Below, one piece after another: positions 8,510 through 16,877 of a stretch of 24,000 bases of DNA (the first letter of the stretch is position 1; every line of letters begins with the position of its first letter). A program made the position numbers and the translations under genes. The DNA is taken from contig CAJQNS010000074.1 in assembly GCA_905479735.1 (NCBI GenBank), positions 6,384 to 30,383 on the forward strand, given 5' to 3'. The notes below the pieces were generated by a model, which saw only the letters and a program-made list of their open reading frames with translations, was not told where the DNA came from and made no database searches. This DNA comes from an uncultured Desulfofustis sp. GTDB taxonomy: Bacteria; Desulfobacterota; Desulfobulbia; Desulfobulbales; Desulfocapsaceae.

Positions 8510-9649
8510 ATGAACATAGCCTATTATATGCCTTTTAAGCCGCCCGGCCATGCCAACCCGTCGGGTGATCTGATTACCGGCCGGGAACTGCGAGAGTTTC
8601 TCACGGGGCAAGGCCAACAGGTCGAACTTGTCAGCTCCCTGAGAAGCCGCTGGATATATCTGAAACCGTACGAATTTTATCGGCACCGGAAAGAGATAAG
8701 AAAAATCTGCAGTTCTTTGCAACGGCAGCCCACCGATCTCTGGCTCACCTACCACACCTACTACAAAGCGCCCGATCTTCTCGGGCCCGCCTGCTCAAAA
8801 AGACTACAGATACCCTACGTTATATTCCAGGGAATCTACTCCACCAAACGCAGACGAAGCCTTAAAACCCTGCCCGGATTTCTGCTCAATCGCAAAGCTC
8901 TAAGATCGGCGCAGATGGTCTATAGCAACAAAAAAAAGGATGAAAAAAATCTGCGCCGCCTGTTGCCCCAGGAAAGGATACTTTATATCGCTCCCGGTAT
9001 ACGGCCGCAGCTGTTTTCCTTCGATCCGGAGATGCGGCTTGCTTTGCGGAACCAATGGCAGGTGGGAGACAGGCAGGTGATTCTGACCACAGCAATGCTC
9101 AGGCCCGGGGTCAAGACGGAAGGCATAAGTCAGGTCATACAGAGTTGTGGCGATCTCCACCGTTCAGGGCATAAAATTCTGCTGGTCGTCATCGGTGACG
9201 GCCAGAACCGCCAGCTTCTCGAGGATGAAGCCCGGCAACATCTCGGGTCTGCCTGTCTGTTTGTTGGCAAAATCCAGCGACTGGATCTATTCCACTACTA
9301 CAGTGCCGCCGACCTGTTCGCCTTTCCCGGAATTCAGGAATCTCTTGGTATGGTTTATCTTGAGGCTCAGTCCACTGGCCTGCCTGTTGTCGCTTACCGT
9401 GATTGGGGAGCTTCCGAGGCGGTAATCAATGGACAGACCGGTATTCTGACCCCAGCCTCCAGGCCGGAAGAATTCACCGCTTCGATCAAGCGTTTATTGA
9501 CTAACCAGGCCCAGAGAACCACCATGGGCGACTCAGCCAAAGTACATATCCGCAGCAACCACGACCTTCTGAAAAATTATCTCTTTCTCTCGGAAAGCTT
9601 GCAGGAGATTTCACATAAATATCAAAACGATCTGGAAACAGCGACCTGA
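8510..9649 (+). CDS. Glycosyltransferase family 4 (GT-B fold)
   Basis: C-terminal signature FAFPGIQESLGMVYLEAQSTGLPVVAYRDWGASEAVINGQTGIL (the E-x7-E region typical of GT4). Divergent from the glycerate kinase operon. Confidence 0.8.
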   Translation: MNIAYYMPFKPPGHANPSGDLITGRELREFLTGQGQQVELVSSLRSRWIYLKPYEFYRHRKEIRKICSSLQRQPTDLWLTYHTYYKAPDLLGPACSKRLQIPYVIFQGIYSTKRRRSLKTLPGFLLNRKALRSAQMVYSNKKKDEKNLRRLLPQERILYIAPGIRPQLFSFDPEMRLALRNQWQVGDRQVILTTAMLRPGVKTEGISQVIQSCGDLHRSGHKILLVVIGDGQNRQLLEDEARQHLGSACLFVGKIQRLDLFHYYSAADLFAFPGIQESLGMVYLEAQSTGLPVVAYRDWGASEAVINGQTGILTPASRPEEFTASIKRLLTNQAQRTTMGDSAKVHIRSNHDLLKNYLFLSESLQEISHKYQNDLETAT

Positions 9650-9653
9650 ACCA

Positions 9654-11408
9654 ATGAAACCACAGATATACCTGTCTTTCGGGATTGCCGGCGCTCTGCT
9701 CCTGATGCTTCCCTTTAGCGCCGGGGCCGCACAGTCAGATAACGATATAGCCTGGACCATCCTGATCATGGAGTTGATGGGCGGCCTGGCTCTTTTTCTG
9801 GCCGGCCTTGACCAATTGTCTGACGGTCTGAAAAAAATAGCCGGTGATGCCCTCAAGGTAATGCTGGCCCGTTTAACCACTAACCGGGTAAGCGGTGCCA
9901 TTACCGGTGCGGTGGTCACCGGTATTTTAAACTCGTCGTCGATCACCACGGTATTGGTGGTCGGTTTCGTGACAGCCGGAGTGATGACCCTGTCCCAATC
10001 GGTAGGAGTTATCATGGGGGCCAACATAGGCTCAACGGTTACGGCCCAGATACTGGCCTTCAACATCTCCGCCTATGCCCTGCTACCGGTAGCTGTCGGT
10101 TTTTTCCTGATCTTTACCAACAAGAGTGAAAAACTGAAATACAGCGGCATGATGATCATGGGCATGGGACTGGTCTTCTTCGGTATGTCGGTGATGAGTG
10201 ACGCCATGTCACCACTGCGCAGCTACGAGCCGTTTCTGGAAATGCTCAAAAAGATGGAAAAGCCGCTTTTGGGCATACTGGCCGGCGCCCTCTTCACCGG
10301 CCTTGTCCAGTCTTCCGCCGCCACCGTGGGTATTGCCATCGCCCTGGCCAGCAAAGGGTTTTTAAACCTGGAAGCAGGCATTGCCCTGGCCCTGGGGGCC
10401 AACATCGGCACCTGCGTGACCGCTCTGCTGGCCGCCATCGGCAAGCCGCCAGAGGCGGTCAGAGCCGCCGTGGTGCACATCTGCTTCAATATCGCCGGTG
10501 TCCTTCTCTGGTTCTTCTTTATTCCCCAGTTGGCCGCTTTTGCCGCCTGGTTTTCACCTTCGAGCCAGGGTCTCGAGGGCAGTGCCAGGCTGGCAGCCGA
10601 GGTACCTCGTCAGATCGCCAACGCCAATACCTTGTTCAACGTGGTGAACACCTGTGTTTTTTTACCGTTTACAACTGCCTTTGCCTGGTTCGCCACCAGG
10701 CTTGTTCCTGACCGGCCGGCCCCTCCTGGTCCGATCAAACCCGCTTTTCTCGACCCCTCGGTTCTCGATGTGCCTTCACTTGCTCTCGACCGCGTCCGCC
10801 AGGAACTGGCTCGGGCCAGTGAGATAATCCTGACCATGTTTCAAACGGCAGGAAAGGCGTTGCGCAGCGATGATGTCGAGATGATGCGATCCCTGGCTCG
10901 GGAGGATGACAAGATTGATATTCTGGAAACGGCCTGTCTCGATTATCTGAGTAAGATCAGACAAAACCAGCTGACCTCCGGAGAAAGCCTCGACCACCAG
11001 AATCTTATGGTTTCTGCCGTCGCTCTGGAACACCTGGCCGATGTAATCGCAACCAATCTAGTCAGACTCGGTGCCCAGGTTATCCAGATCAGCCATACCC
11101 GCAGTGAAGAAACCAAGAGGCTGACCTACGATCTCTATCTTTCTGTGGAAAACTGCATTTTGCTGCTGGGCAGTGTCCTGAGCGAGAAAAACCAGACCGC
11201 CGCCGAGAAAATTCTGCACTATGAGAGTAAAATCAGATCAATCCAGCATGAGCTGATGGTACGCAAATCGAGCAGACTGGGTACGGAAAGCGAGGCGGCT
11301 CTGAAAACAGCCCGGCTCGAGGTATCCATGTCCGACAAACTGGCCAGGATGTACAGTCTGATCAAACGGATCACCGAGGAAAATGTAACTCCCGATCAGT
11401 CCTCCTGA
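9654..11408 (+). CDS. Na+/phosphate cotransporter family protein with C-terminal PhoU-like domains (NptA/YjbB-like)
   Basis: Duplicated Na_Pi_cotrans-type motifs (GANIGSTVTAQ and GANIGTCVTA). Polytopic N-terminal half and a soluble helical C-terminal ~230 aa. Confidence 0.85.
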   Translation: MKPQIYLSFGIAGALLLMLPFSAGAAQSDNDIAWTILIMELMGGLALFLAGLDQLSDGLKKIAGDALKVMLARLTTNRVSGAITGAVVTGILNSSSITTVLVVGFVTAGVMTLSQSVGVIMGANIGSTVTAQILAFNISAYALLPVAVGFFLIFTNKSEKLKYSGMMIMGMGLVFFGMSVMSDAMSPLRSYEPFLEMLKKMEKPLLGILAGALFTGLVQSSAATVGIAIALASKGFLNLEAGIALALGANIGTCVTALLAAIGKPPEAVRAAVVHICFNIAGVLLWFFFIPQLAAFAAWFSPSSQGLEGSARLAAEVPRQIANANTLFNVVNTCVFLPFTTAFAWFATRLVPDRPAPPGPIKPAFLDPSVLDVPSLALDRVRQELARASEIILTMFQTAGKALRSDDVEMMRSLAREDDKIDILETACLDYLSKIRQNQLTSGESLDHQNLMVSAVALEHLADVIATNLVRLGAQVIQISHTRSEETKRLTYDLYLSVENCILLLGSVLSEKNQTAAEKILHYESKIRSIQHELMVRKSSRLGTESEAALKTARLEVSMSDKLARMYSLIKRITEENVTPDQSS

Positions 11409-11443
11409 GCAGGCAGCAGTTATGGCTCTATTACTTCCAGGAG

Positions 11444-12850
11444 CTAGCGCACCAATTTTTTCACCGCCGCGGAAGCGGAAATCTCCCCACTCCGATAGGC
11501 TTCATGCTGTTTTTCGATGGACGGCAGGTCGTAGAGATAGTTCACCATCATCCCCAGGGATTGTTCGACCCCATTATCGGACAGGTTTGCCGCCCAATTT
11601 ATCTGCTTGATCAAAGCACCGTTGGTCAGGTGAAAGTGGGCCACCCGGTCTGCGACCTGACTGCCTCTTTTGGCCTTGAGAAGATAGGTGGCGCACAGTG
11701 ACAGCAACTGCTGCTGGAGCCGGCGGGCAAGTTCTGCCCGTTTACTCTTTCCAGCAGTTGAGTTCAGGAGATCACCAATATTGTTCTGCTCTGCCAGAGT
11801 CCCGATTACTTCGGCCGCCGCCTTACTGACCCTCGCCTCTTCATCGTCTGAACTCTCTATGTTTTCAGCCTGCCGGTTCAACCAGGAGGTGAACCCGGGT
11901 ATCGGAGAGAGGGTGGCAAAGTTCTTCAGACCAGGCAGACTGGAGGCCAGGTCGGCCACCACTCTTTTGATCAGGAAATTGCCGAAGCTGACGCCAGCGA
12001 GCCCATCCTGACAGTTGGAGATCGAATAGAATATAGCGGTGTCGGCCTTACCAGGATCGATCATTGGGGCTTTCTCATCAAGCAGTTCGTGGACGTCGGT
12101 AGAGATACCGTTGACCAGCGCCACTTCCACAAAAATGAGCGGCTCATTGGGCATACTCGGGTGAAAAAAGGCATAGCAGCGGCGGTCTTCCTCGAGACGG
12201 TTTTTTAAATCTTTCCAGGATCTTATTTCATGAACGGCCTCATACTGGATAAATTTTTCCAGAAGCTCGGCCGAACTCTTCCAGGTGATTCGCTGAAGAT
12301 CGAGAAAACCGATATCGAACCAGGAGACCAGCAGCCGATAAACATCTTTGTCGAGATCTTGCAAAGCCTGGTTATCCTTTGCCCAGCGCATAAGTTCAGA
12401 TCTCAGGTCGACCAGAAATTTTACCCCGCCCTGAAGCCCGTTGAACTGCTTCAGTATTTTTGCCCTGGGAGGTTCCAGGAGGTTACGCAAAGCCATAGAT
12501 AGCTGTTGCCTGTTCTGGGGATCATCCGATTCTCGCAGGGCCGTCATGGCTACCTCAACCGCCTCGGGGTCCACATCGTATTCCTCAGCCAGCAGGGTGA
12601 GAAAACGGCGCCGACCGTTGGCATTGAGAACCAGATAAGCCTCCCCAAGTTCCGCTGCCCGGGCCCGGGCAGAAACTTCACCACCCTTGCCCTCCAGACA
12701 AGCTTCGATCTTCCGTCGGACTTTACCCAGATCTCCTTTCGGCAGATTGACGCCGATCACATCTTTCAGGGCCACCGGGTCTCCGAGCGGCCAGTATTCG
12801 CGAATCAGCTTTCTGGTTCTGTCCCATAATGGTTCCTGCGCTTCAGCCAT
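11444..12850 (-). CDS. Malonyl-CoA decarboxylase (MCD/MatA family)
   Basis: Family-typical block FYSISNCQDGLAGVSFGNFLIKRVV and HFHLTNGA. Length 468 aa. ATG start with an AAGAGG ribosome-binding site. Confidence 0.85.
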   Translation of the reverse strand: MAEAQEPLWDRTRKLIREYWPLGDPVALKDVIGVNLPKGDLGKVRRKIEACLEGKGGEVSARARAAELGEAYLVLNANGRRRFLTLLAEEYDVDPEAVEVAMTALRESDDPQNRQQLSMALRNLLEPPRAKILKQFNGLQGGVKFLVDLRSELMRWAKDNQALQDLDKDVYRLLVSWFDIGFLDLQRITWKSSAELLEKFIQYEAVHEIRSWKDLKNRLEEDRRCYAFFHPSMPNEPLIFVEVALVNGISTDVHELLDEKAPMIDPGKADTAIFYSISNCQDGLAGVSFGNFLIKRVVADLASSLPGLKNFATLSPIPGFTSWLNRQAENIESSDDEEARVSKAAAEVIGTLAEQNNIGDLLNSTAGKSKRAELARRLQQQLLSLCATYLLKAKRGSQVADRVAHFHLTNGALIKQINWAANLSDNGVEQSLGMMVNYLYDLPSIEKQHEAYRSGEISASAAVKKLVR

Positions 12851-12920
12851 GATCGTTCAGCCTCTTTCCATGCTCTTACTCAATGAGTCCTGGCTTCAAG
12901 GACATACGTTCAAAGCACCC

Positions 12921-13000
12921 ATCCAGCAAGGCCCGGGCGAGGAGCCGGCGGAGCATCCTGGTAGCGCTGCGAACAACACTACAAGGGGGCAGGATTGAAC
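12921..13000. repeat. Diverged, internally deleted third copy of the intergenic repeat seen at 16488-16872
   Basis: The segment atccagcaaggcccgggcgaggagccggcggagcatcctggtagcgct aligns with atcaggcaaggcgcgagcgaggagccggcggagcagcctggtagtgct in the other copies. About 16 nt (ttgaccaggtaccaca) are missing. Alignment then resumes: gcgaacaacactacaaggggg against gcgagcaacacagcatgagggg. Confidence 0.6.
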
Positions 13001-13125
13001 CAATGTCGCTATGTATAACAGATTGTTTATGCTAGAGAATACACTTTGAAGCCGAGTTTATGCAAGAGGCAAGCGCAACTATGCCTGGCGCAATAGATAG
13101 ATGAAGTGGTGTGTTGCTGCTGATG

Positions 13126-13155
13126 AAAAAGGCCCCGCAGATTATCCGCGAGGCC
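13126..13155 (-). terminator. Rho-independent terminator of ilvC
   Basis: On the minus strand: GGCCUCGCGG-AUAAU-CUGCGGGGCC, a 10-bp stem including two G-U pairs, followed by UUUUUC. It lies 29 nt downstream of the ilvC stop. Confidence 0.75.
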
Positions 13156-13183
13156 TTTGAGAGGATGAGTAAATTCTGTTACG

Positions 13184-14653
13184 CTAGATCTGCTTCATAG
13201 CCCCCATGTAGCCCCGCAGCTCGGCACCGATCGCCTCGACAACGGTATAACGAATAGCCTCATTGACATCGATCAGATCAAGATTGTCGACGGCACAGTC
13301 CTGAAGTTCCAGCCCTCTGCCGATCACATCGGTATCGATCGATTTCATGAAATCACCAAGCAGCGGAACCGCCTTGTGGGAAAAGAGGTAACAACCGTAT
13401 TCTGCGGTATCGGAGATAACCACATTCATTTCATAAAGCTTCTTGCGGGCAACCAGATTGGCGATCAGAGGAACTTCGTGCAGCGATTCATAGTAGGCTG
13501 ACTCTTCCTTGATTCCTGAATCAACCATGGTATCGAAGGCCAGTTCAACACCCGCCTTTACGAAGGCGATCATCAGTATGCCGTGGTCGAAATATTCCTG
13601 CTCGCTGATATCATCAGCCATCGATTCAGCTTTTTCAAATGCGGTTTCGCCGGTGGCCTTGCGCCAGCCAAGCAGATCGGAATCGCCGTTGGCCCAATCC
13701 TCCATCATCGTCTTCGAGAAGGTACCCGACATGATATCGTCCATATGTTTCTCGAACAGCGGGGTGAGGATATTTTTCAACTCTTCTGAAAGGATGTGCG
13801 CCTTGATCTTGGCCGGATTGGACAACCGGTCCATCATATTGGTGATACCACCGTGTTTCAGTGCTTCGGTTATCACTTCCCAGCCGTATTGAACCAACTT
13901 GGAGGCATAGCCCGAATCAATGCCCTTGTCGATCATCTTGTCAAAGCAAAGCAGGGAACCGGCCTGCAGCAGACCACAGAGAATGGTCTGTTCGCCCATC
14001 AGATCTGATTTAACCTCGGCCACAAAAGAGGACTGCAAAACGCCCGCCCGGTCACCGCCAGTAGCGCAGGCGTAGGCCTTGGCGATCTCCAGACCAACAC
14101 CCTCGGGGTCGTTTTCCCGGTGCACGGCAATCAGGGTGGGAATACCGAATCCTCTCATATATTCCGTCCGCACCTCGGTCCCGGGACCCTTCGGAGCGAC
14201 CATGATAACGGTTATGTCGTCCCTGATCTGAATTCCTTCCTCGACAATATTGAAACCGTGGGAATAGGAGAGGCAGGCCCCCTCTTTCATCAATGGCATG
14301 ATCGCCGACACCACCGCAGTGTGCTGCTTGTCGGGAGTCAGGTTGATCACCAGGTCGGCGGTCGGCAGCAACTCATCATAGGTGCCGACGGTGAAGCCCT
14401 GTTCGGTGGCATTTTTCCACGACTGACGTTTTTCCTCGATCGCCGAATCACGAAGCGTATAGGACACATCGAGTCCGGAATCCCTCAGATTCAATCCCTG
14501 GTTAAGCCCCTGGGCGCCGCAGCCGACAATAACTATCTTCTTGCCTCGCAAGGCTTCAACGCCGCTGAATTCATCGCTCTCCATAAATCGGCATTGACCG
14601 AGTTCCTCTATCTGCAGCCGCAACGGCAACGAGTTGAAATAATTTTCAGCCAT
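13184..14653 (-). CDS. ilvC: Ketol-acid reductoisomerase, long class II form
   Basis: Near-colinear with E. coli IlvC as I remember it (MA.NYFN.L.LR.Q...LG.CRFM..DEF...[28 protein letters not shown] ... [12 protein letters not shown] ... VISDTAEYG). 489 aa. AAGGAG ribosome-binding site. Confidence 0.95.
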   Translation of the reverse strand: MAENYFNSLPLRLQIEELGQCRFMESDEFSGVEALRGKKIVIVGCGAQGLNQGLNLRDSGLDVSYTLRDSAIEEKRQSWKNATEQGFTVGTYDELLPTADLVINLTPDKQHTAVVSAIMPLMKEGACLSYSHGFNIVEEGIQIRDDITVIMVAPKGPGTEVRTEYMRGFGIPTLIAVHRENDPEGVGLEIAKAYACATGGDRAGVLQSSFVAEVKSDLMGEQTILCGLLQAGSLLCFDKMIDKGIDSGYASKLVQYGWEVITEALKHGGITNMMDRLSNPAKIKAHILSEELKNILTPLFEKHMDDIMSGTFSKTMMEDWANGDSDLLGWRKATGETAFEKAESMADDISEQEYFDHGILMIAFVKAGVELAFDTMVDSGIKEESAYYESLHEVPLIANLVARKKLYEMNVVISDTAEYGCYLFSHKAVPLLGDFMKSIDTDVIGRGLELQDCAVDNLDLIDVNEAIRYTVVEAIGAELRGYMGAMKQI

Positions 14654-14714
14654 GATCTATCTCCTTTTGGTTGTGATCTTTTTTGGTAGTGAGGTGTATA
14701 CAATGCTCAGACAC

Positions 14715-14743
14715 CATATAGATATAAAGTTTTATTGCGTCAA
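14715..14743 (-). promoter_or_regulatory. Candidate sigma-70 promoter of ilvC
   Basis: On the minus strand: TTGACG (-35, 14743-14738), a 17-nt spacer, then TATATG (-10, 14720-14715). This is about 60 nt upstream of the ilvC ATG and next to the operator-like palindrome. Confidence 0.4.
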
Positions 14744-14759
14744 GTGATTTATTTGTGAT

Positions 14760-14786
14760 ATTATGTTGCAAATTTTGCAACATAAT
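14760..14786. promoter_or_regulatory. Perfect 13-1-13 inverted repeat; candidate IlvY (LysR-type) operator
   Basis: ATTATGTTGCAAA-T-TTTGCAACATAAT contains a T-N11-A LysR box (TGCAAATTTTGCA). It lies in the 151-bp divergent ilvC-ilvY intergenic region, 19 nt upstream of the ilvY ATG. Confidence 0.6.
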
Positions 14787-14804
14787 CTGAGACGTGATGG
14801 CCGC

Positions 14805-15722
14805 ATGGATATCCGCTCCTTGAACTTATTTCTGCATCTGGCCGATACGCTGCACTTCGGACGCACCAGCAGAGCCTGTAATATCACCAGATCAGGTCTT
14901 ACCAGGACCATCCAGAGACTCGAACAGGAGCTGGGTGAACAACTCTTTTTCAGAAACAACCGCTCGGTCCGTCTCACTGAAACCGGAAGACTGTTCAGGG
15001 AATATGCTTCGGACGTTGTCGGACGCTATCGCACTCTGCAGAATCGGATCACTTCAGAAAATCGGCTTCGAGGCGAGTTATCGATCTATTGCTCGGTGAC
15101 GGCAATCCTCTCCATTCTGCCCGAGATAATCAACGAGTTCCGCAACGATTATCCTGACGTCCACCTCAAGCTCTCCACCGGTGACGCCGCCATGGCCCTG
15201 GCGCGGCTGGAAAACGGCGAGGCTGATGTGACCATAGCCGCGCTGCCGGAGCATCTGCCGCAGCACATCCGTTTTCTGAAACTGCTGCGGACCCCTCTGA
15301 TCTTCATTGCCTCCCGCAGTCAGGAATCAGATTTGTCGGTCAGCGTCGACAAGCTGCTGCAGAAAGGAGTGATTATGCCGGAGCGAGGCTTGAGCCGGAT
15401 ACGTTGTGAACGCTGGTTTTCTGATAAGCAGATCAACCCGCAGATCTACTCCTACGTTGCCGGCAATGAGGCAATGATTGCCATGGTCGCCATGGGCTGC
15501 GGCATCGGGGTGGTTCCCCGGTTGGTTCTGGACAATTCACCGCTGCAGAATCAGGTAGCGGTGCTTGACGCGACACCCGAACTGGAGCCCTTCGATGTAG
15601 GCATCTGTGCGACCAAAAGCAGCATCAGCAACCCGATAATAGAACCTTTCTGGCGAATCACCGAGTTGAAATCCATAGAGAATTTTGGAGATACCCATGT
15701 ACACCATTCTGATTACCAATGA
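14805..15722 (+). CDS. ilvY: LysR-family transcriptional activator IlvY
   Basis: The N-terminus MDIRSLNLFLHLADTLHFGRTSRACNITRSGLTRTIQRLEQELG parallels E. coli IlvY (MDLRDLKTFLHLAESRHFGRSARAMHVSPSTLSRQIQRLEEDLG, from memory). The gene is divergent from ilvC. The ORF-track start at 14763 would begin inside the operator palindrome, so the ATG at 14805 is preferred. Confidence 0.85.
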   Translation: MDIRSLNLFLHLADTLHFGRTSRACNITRSGLTRTIQRLEQELGEQLFFRNNRSVRLTETGRLFREYASDVVGRYRTLQNRITSENRLRGELSIYCSVTAILSILPEIINEFRNDYPDVHLKLSTGDAAMALARLENGEADVTIAALPEHLPQHIRFLKLLRTPLIFIASRSQESDLSVSVDKLLQKGVIMPERGLSRIRCERWFSDKQINPQIYSYVAGNEAMIAMVAMGCGIGVVPRLVLDNSPLQNQVAVLDATPELEPFDVGICATKSSISNPIIEPFWRITELKSIENFGDTHVHHSDYQ

Positions 15723-16467
15723 TGACGGGATACACAGCCCAGGCCTCAAGGCCCTGAAAGAGGCACTGGCTCCGCTCGGCAAGGTCGTCACCGTCGCGCC
15801 CGACCGGGACAACTCGGCGATATCACATGCTCTGACCATGAACCGTCCGCTGCGACTTACCAAACTCGACGAGGACGTCTATACCCTGGACGGCACGCCC
15901 ACTGACTGCGTCTCCATCGCCCTGGGAAAAGTGTTGGACCGACTTCCCGATCTGCTGGTTTCAGGAATCAACAACGGCCCCAACATCGGCGACGATATCA
16001 CTTATTCGGGCACCGTCTCCGCGGCAATAGAAGGAACCATGTACGCAGTTTCTTCCATGGCCGTGTCAATGGCCGGTGAGCCGCCCCTTGACTACGCCCG
16101 AGCAGACGACCTGGTCAGGGAACTGGCGCTTCGAGTCATCGACCAGGGACTGCCCGCCAATACCCTTATGAATGTCAACCTGCCGGCTGATAGTAAATTG
16201 CAAGGCGTGAGAATAACCAGGCAGGGACGCAGAATATGGAAACAGGCGGTCCAGGAGGTAAAGGATCCCCGGGGCAGGGTCCATTATTGGATCGGCGGCG
16301 GTACACCGCTGCTGGATAGCGGCAAAGACACCGATGTCCGGGCGCTGGGTGAAGGCTTTGTCTCCATCTCCCCGATCCACCTCGATCTCACCAACCACGA
16401 AGGTATCAGTTATTTCAGAGACGATCTGCAGCTGGAAAAGCTTTTGGGCGGTGCAGACAATTTGTAG
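15697..16467 (+). CDS. surE: 5'/3'-nucleotidase SurE
   Basis: MYTILITNDDGIHSPGLKAL... and SGINNGPNIGDDITYSGTVSAAIEG are hallmark SurE motifs. GGAG lies upstream of the ATG at 15697. The gene overlaps the ilvY 3' end by 26 nt. Confidence 0.9.
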   Translation: MYTILITNDDGIHSPGLKALKEALAPLGKVVTVAPDRDNSAISHALTMNRPLRLTKLDEDVYTLDGTPTDCVSIALGKVLDRLPDLLVSGINNGPNIGDDITYSGTVSAAIEGTMYAVSSMAVSMAGEPPLDYARADDLVRELALRVIDQGLPANTLMNVNLPADSKLQGVRITRQGRRIWKQAVQEVKDPRGRVHYWIGGGTPLLDSGKDTDVRALGEGFVSISPIHLDLTNHEGISYFRDDLQLEKLLGGADNL

Positions 16468-16487
16468 CCCCGTGTTTATACCCACCT

Positions 16488-16630
16488 GGGGACACAATAC
16501 TTATTGTGTCCCCAGTCCTTTCTATCAGGCAAGGCGCGAGCGAGGAGCCGGCGGAGCAGCCTGGTAGTGCTTTGACCAGGTACCACAGCGAGCAACACAG
16601 CATGAGGGGTTGGGGTAGATTGATGTTGTT
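16488..16630. repeat. Intergenic repeat, copy A (26-nt perfect hairpin plus a ~90-nt conserved core)
   Basis: Hairpin GGGGACACAAT-actt-ATTGTGTCCCC at 16488-16513. The core at 16524-16613 differs from copy B at 1 of 90 positions by my count. It begins 21 nt after the surE stop. Confidence 0.8.
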
Positions 16631-16720
16631 AGGTATAGTTTCCATCTAGAAACGAGAAATTTTGCTACAAAATCGAGGCGTGCGAGAAATTTACGTAACC
16701 AGAGGGGACGAGTAAAGAGA

Positions 16721-16872
16721 GGGGACATAATAAGTATTGTGTCCCCATTCCTTTCATTCCTTTCTATCAGGCAAGGCGCGAGCGAGGAGCCGGCGGAGCA
16801 GTCTGGTAGTGCTTTGACCAGGTACCACAGCGAGCAACACAGCATGAGGGGTTGGATTAGACGATTGTTACT
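16721..16872. repeat. Intergenic repeat, copy B
   Basis: Hairpin GGGGACATAAT-aagt-ATTGTGTCCCC at 16721-16746. It carries a 9-bp tandem duplication (attcctttc x2) relative to copy A. Core at 16766-16855. Copy B ends a few nt from the readthrough stop of hgcB. Confidence 0.8.
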
Positions 16873-16877
16873 GTCTA

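Noticed and set aside
9611-10066. 151-aa minus-strand ORF overlapping the start of the Na/Pi cotransporter gene.
   Set aside because: It is the antisense shadow of a gene with clear Na_Pi_cotrans motifs, and there is no independent support.
11409-11443. An expected terminator between the convergent Na/Pi transporter and malonyl-CoA decarboxylase genes.
   Set aside because: The 35-bp gap contains no stable hairpin or T-tract that I can fold, so no terminator is called.
13509-14689. Long antisense ORFs within ilvC (13509-13892, 127 aa; 14120-14689, 189 aa).
   Set aside because: ilvC identity on the minus strand is unambiguous. The antisense ORFs have no motifs and are typical of GC-rich coding DNA.
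14763-14804. Upstream ilvY start at 14763 (MLQILQHNLRRDGR...) given in the ORF track.
   Set aside because: It would begin inside the operator palindrome. The IlvY-like homology begins at MDIRSL (14805), matching the E. coli N-terminus.
16488-16872. Possible CRISPR array, because of repeated hairpin-containing units.
   Set aside because: There are only two units of about 143-152 bp with a ~90-bp spacer. This is not short 28-37-bp repeats alternating with unique spacers, and no cas genes are in the window.
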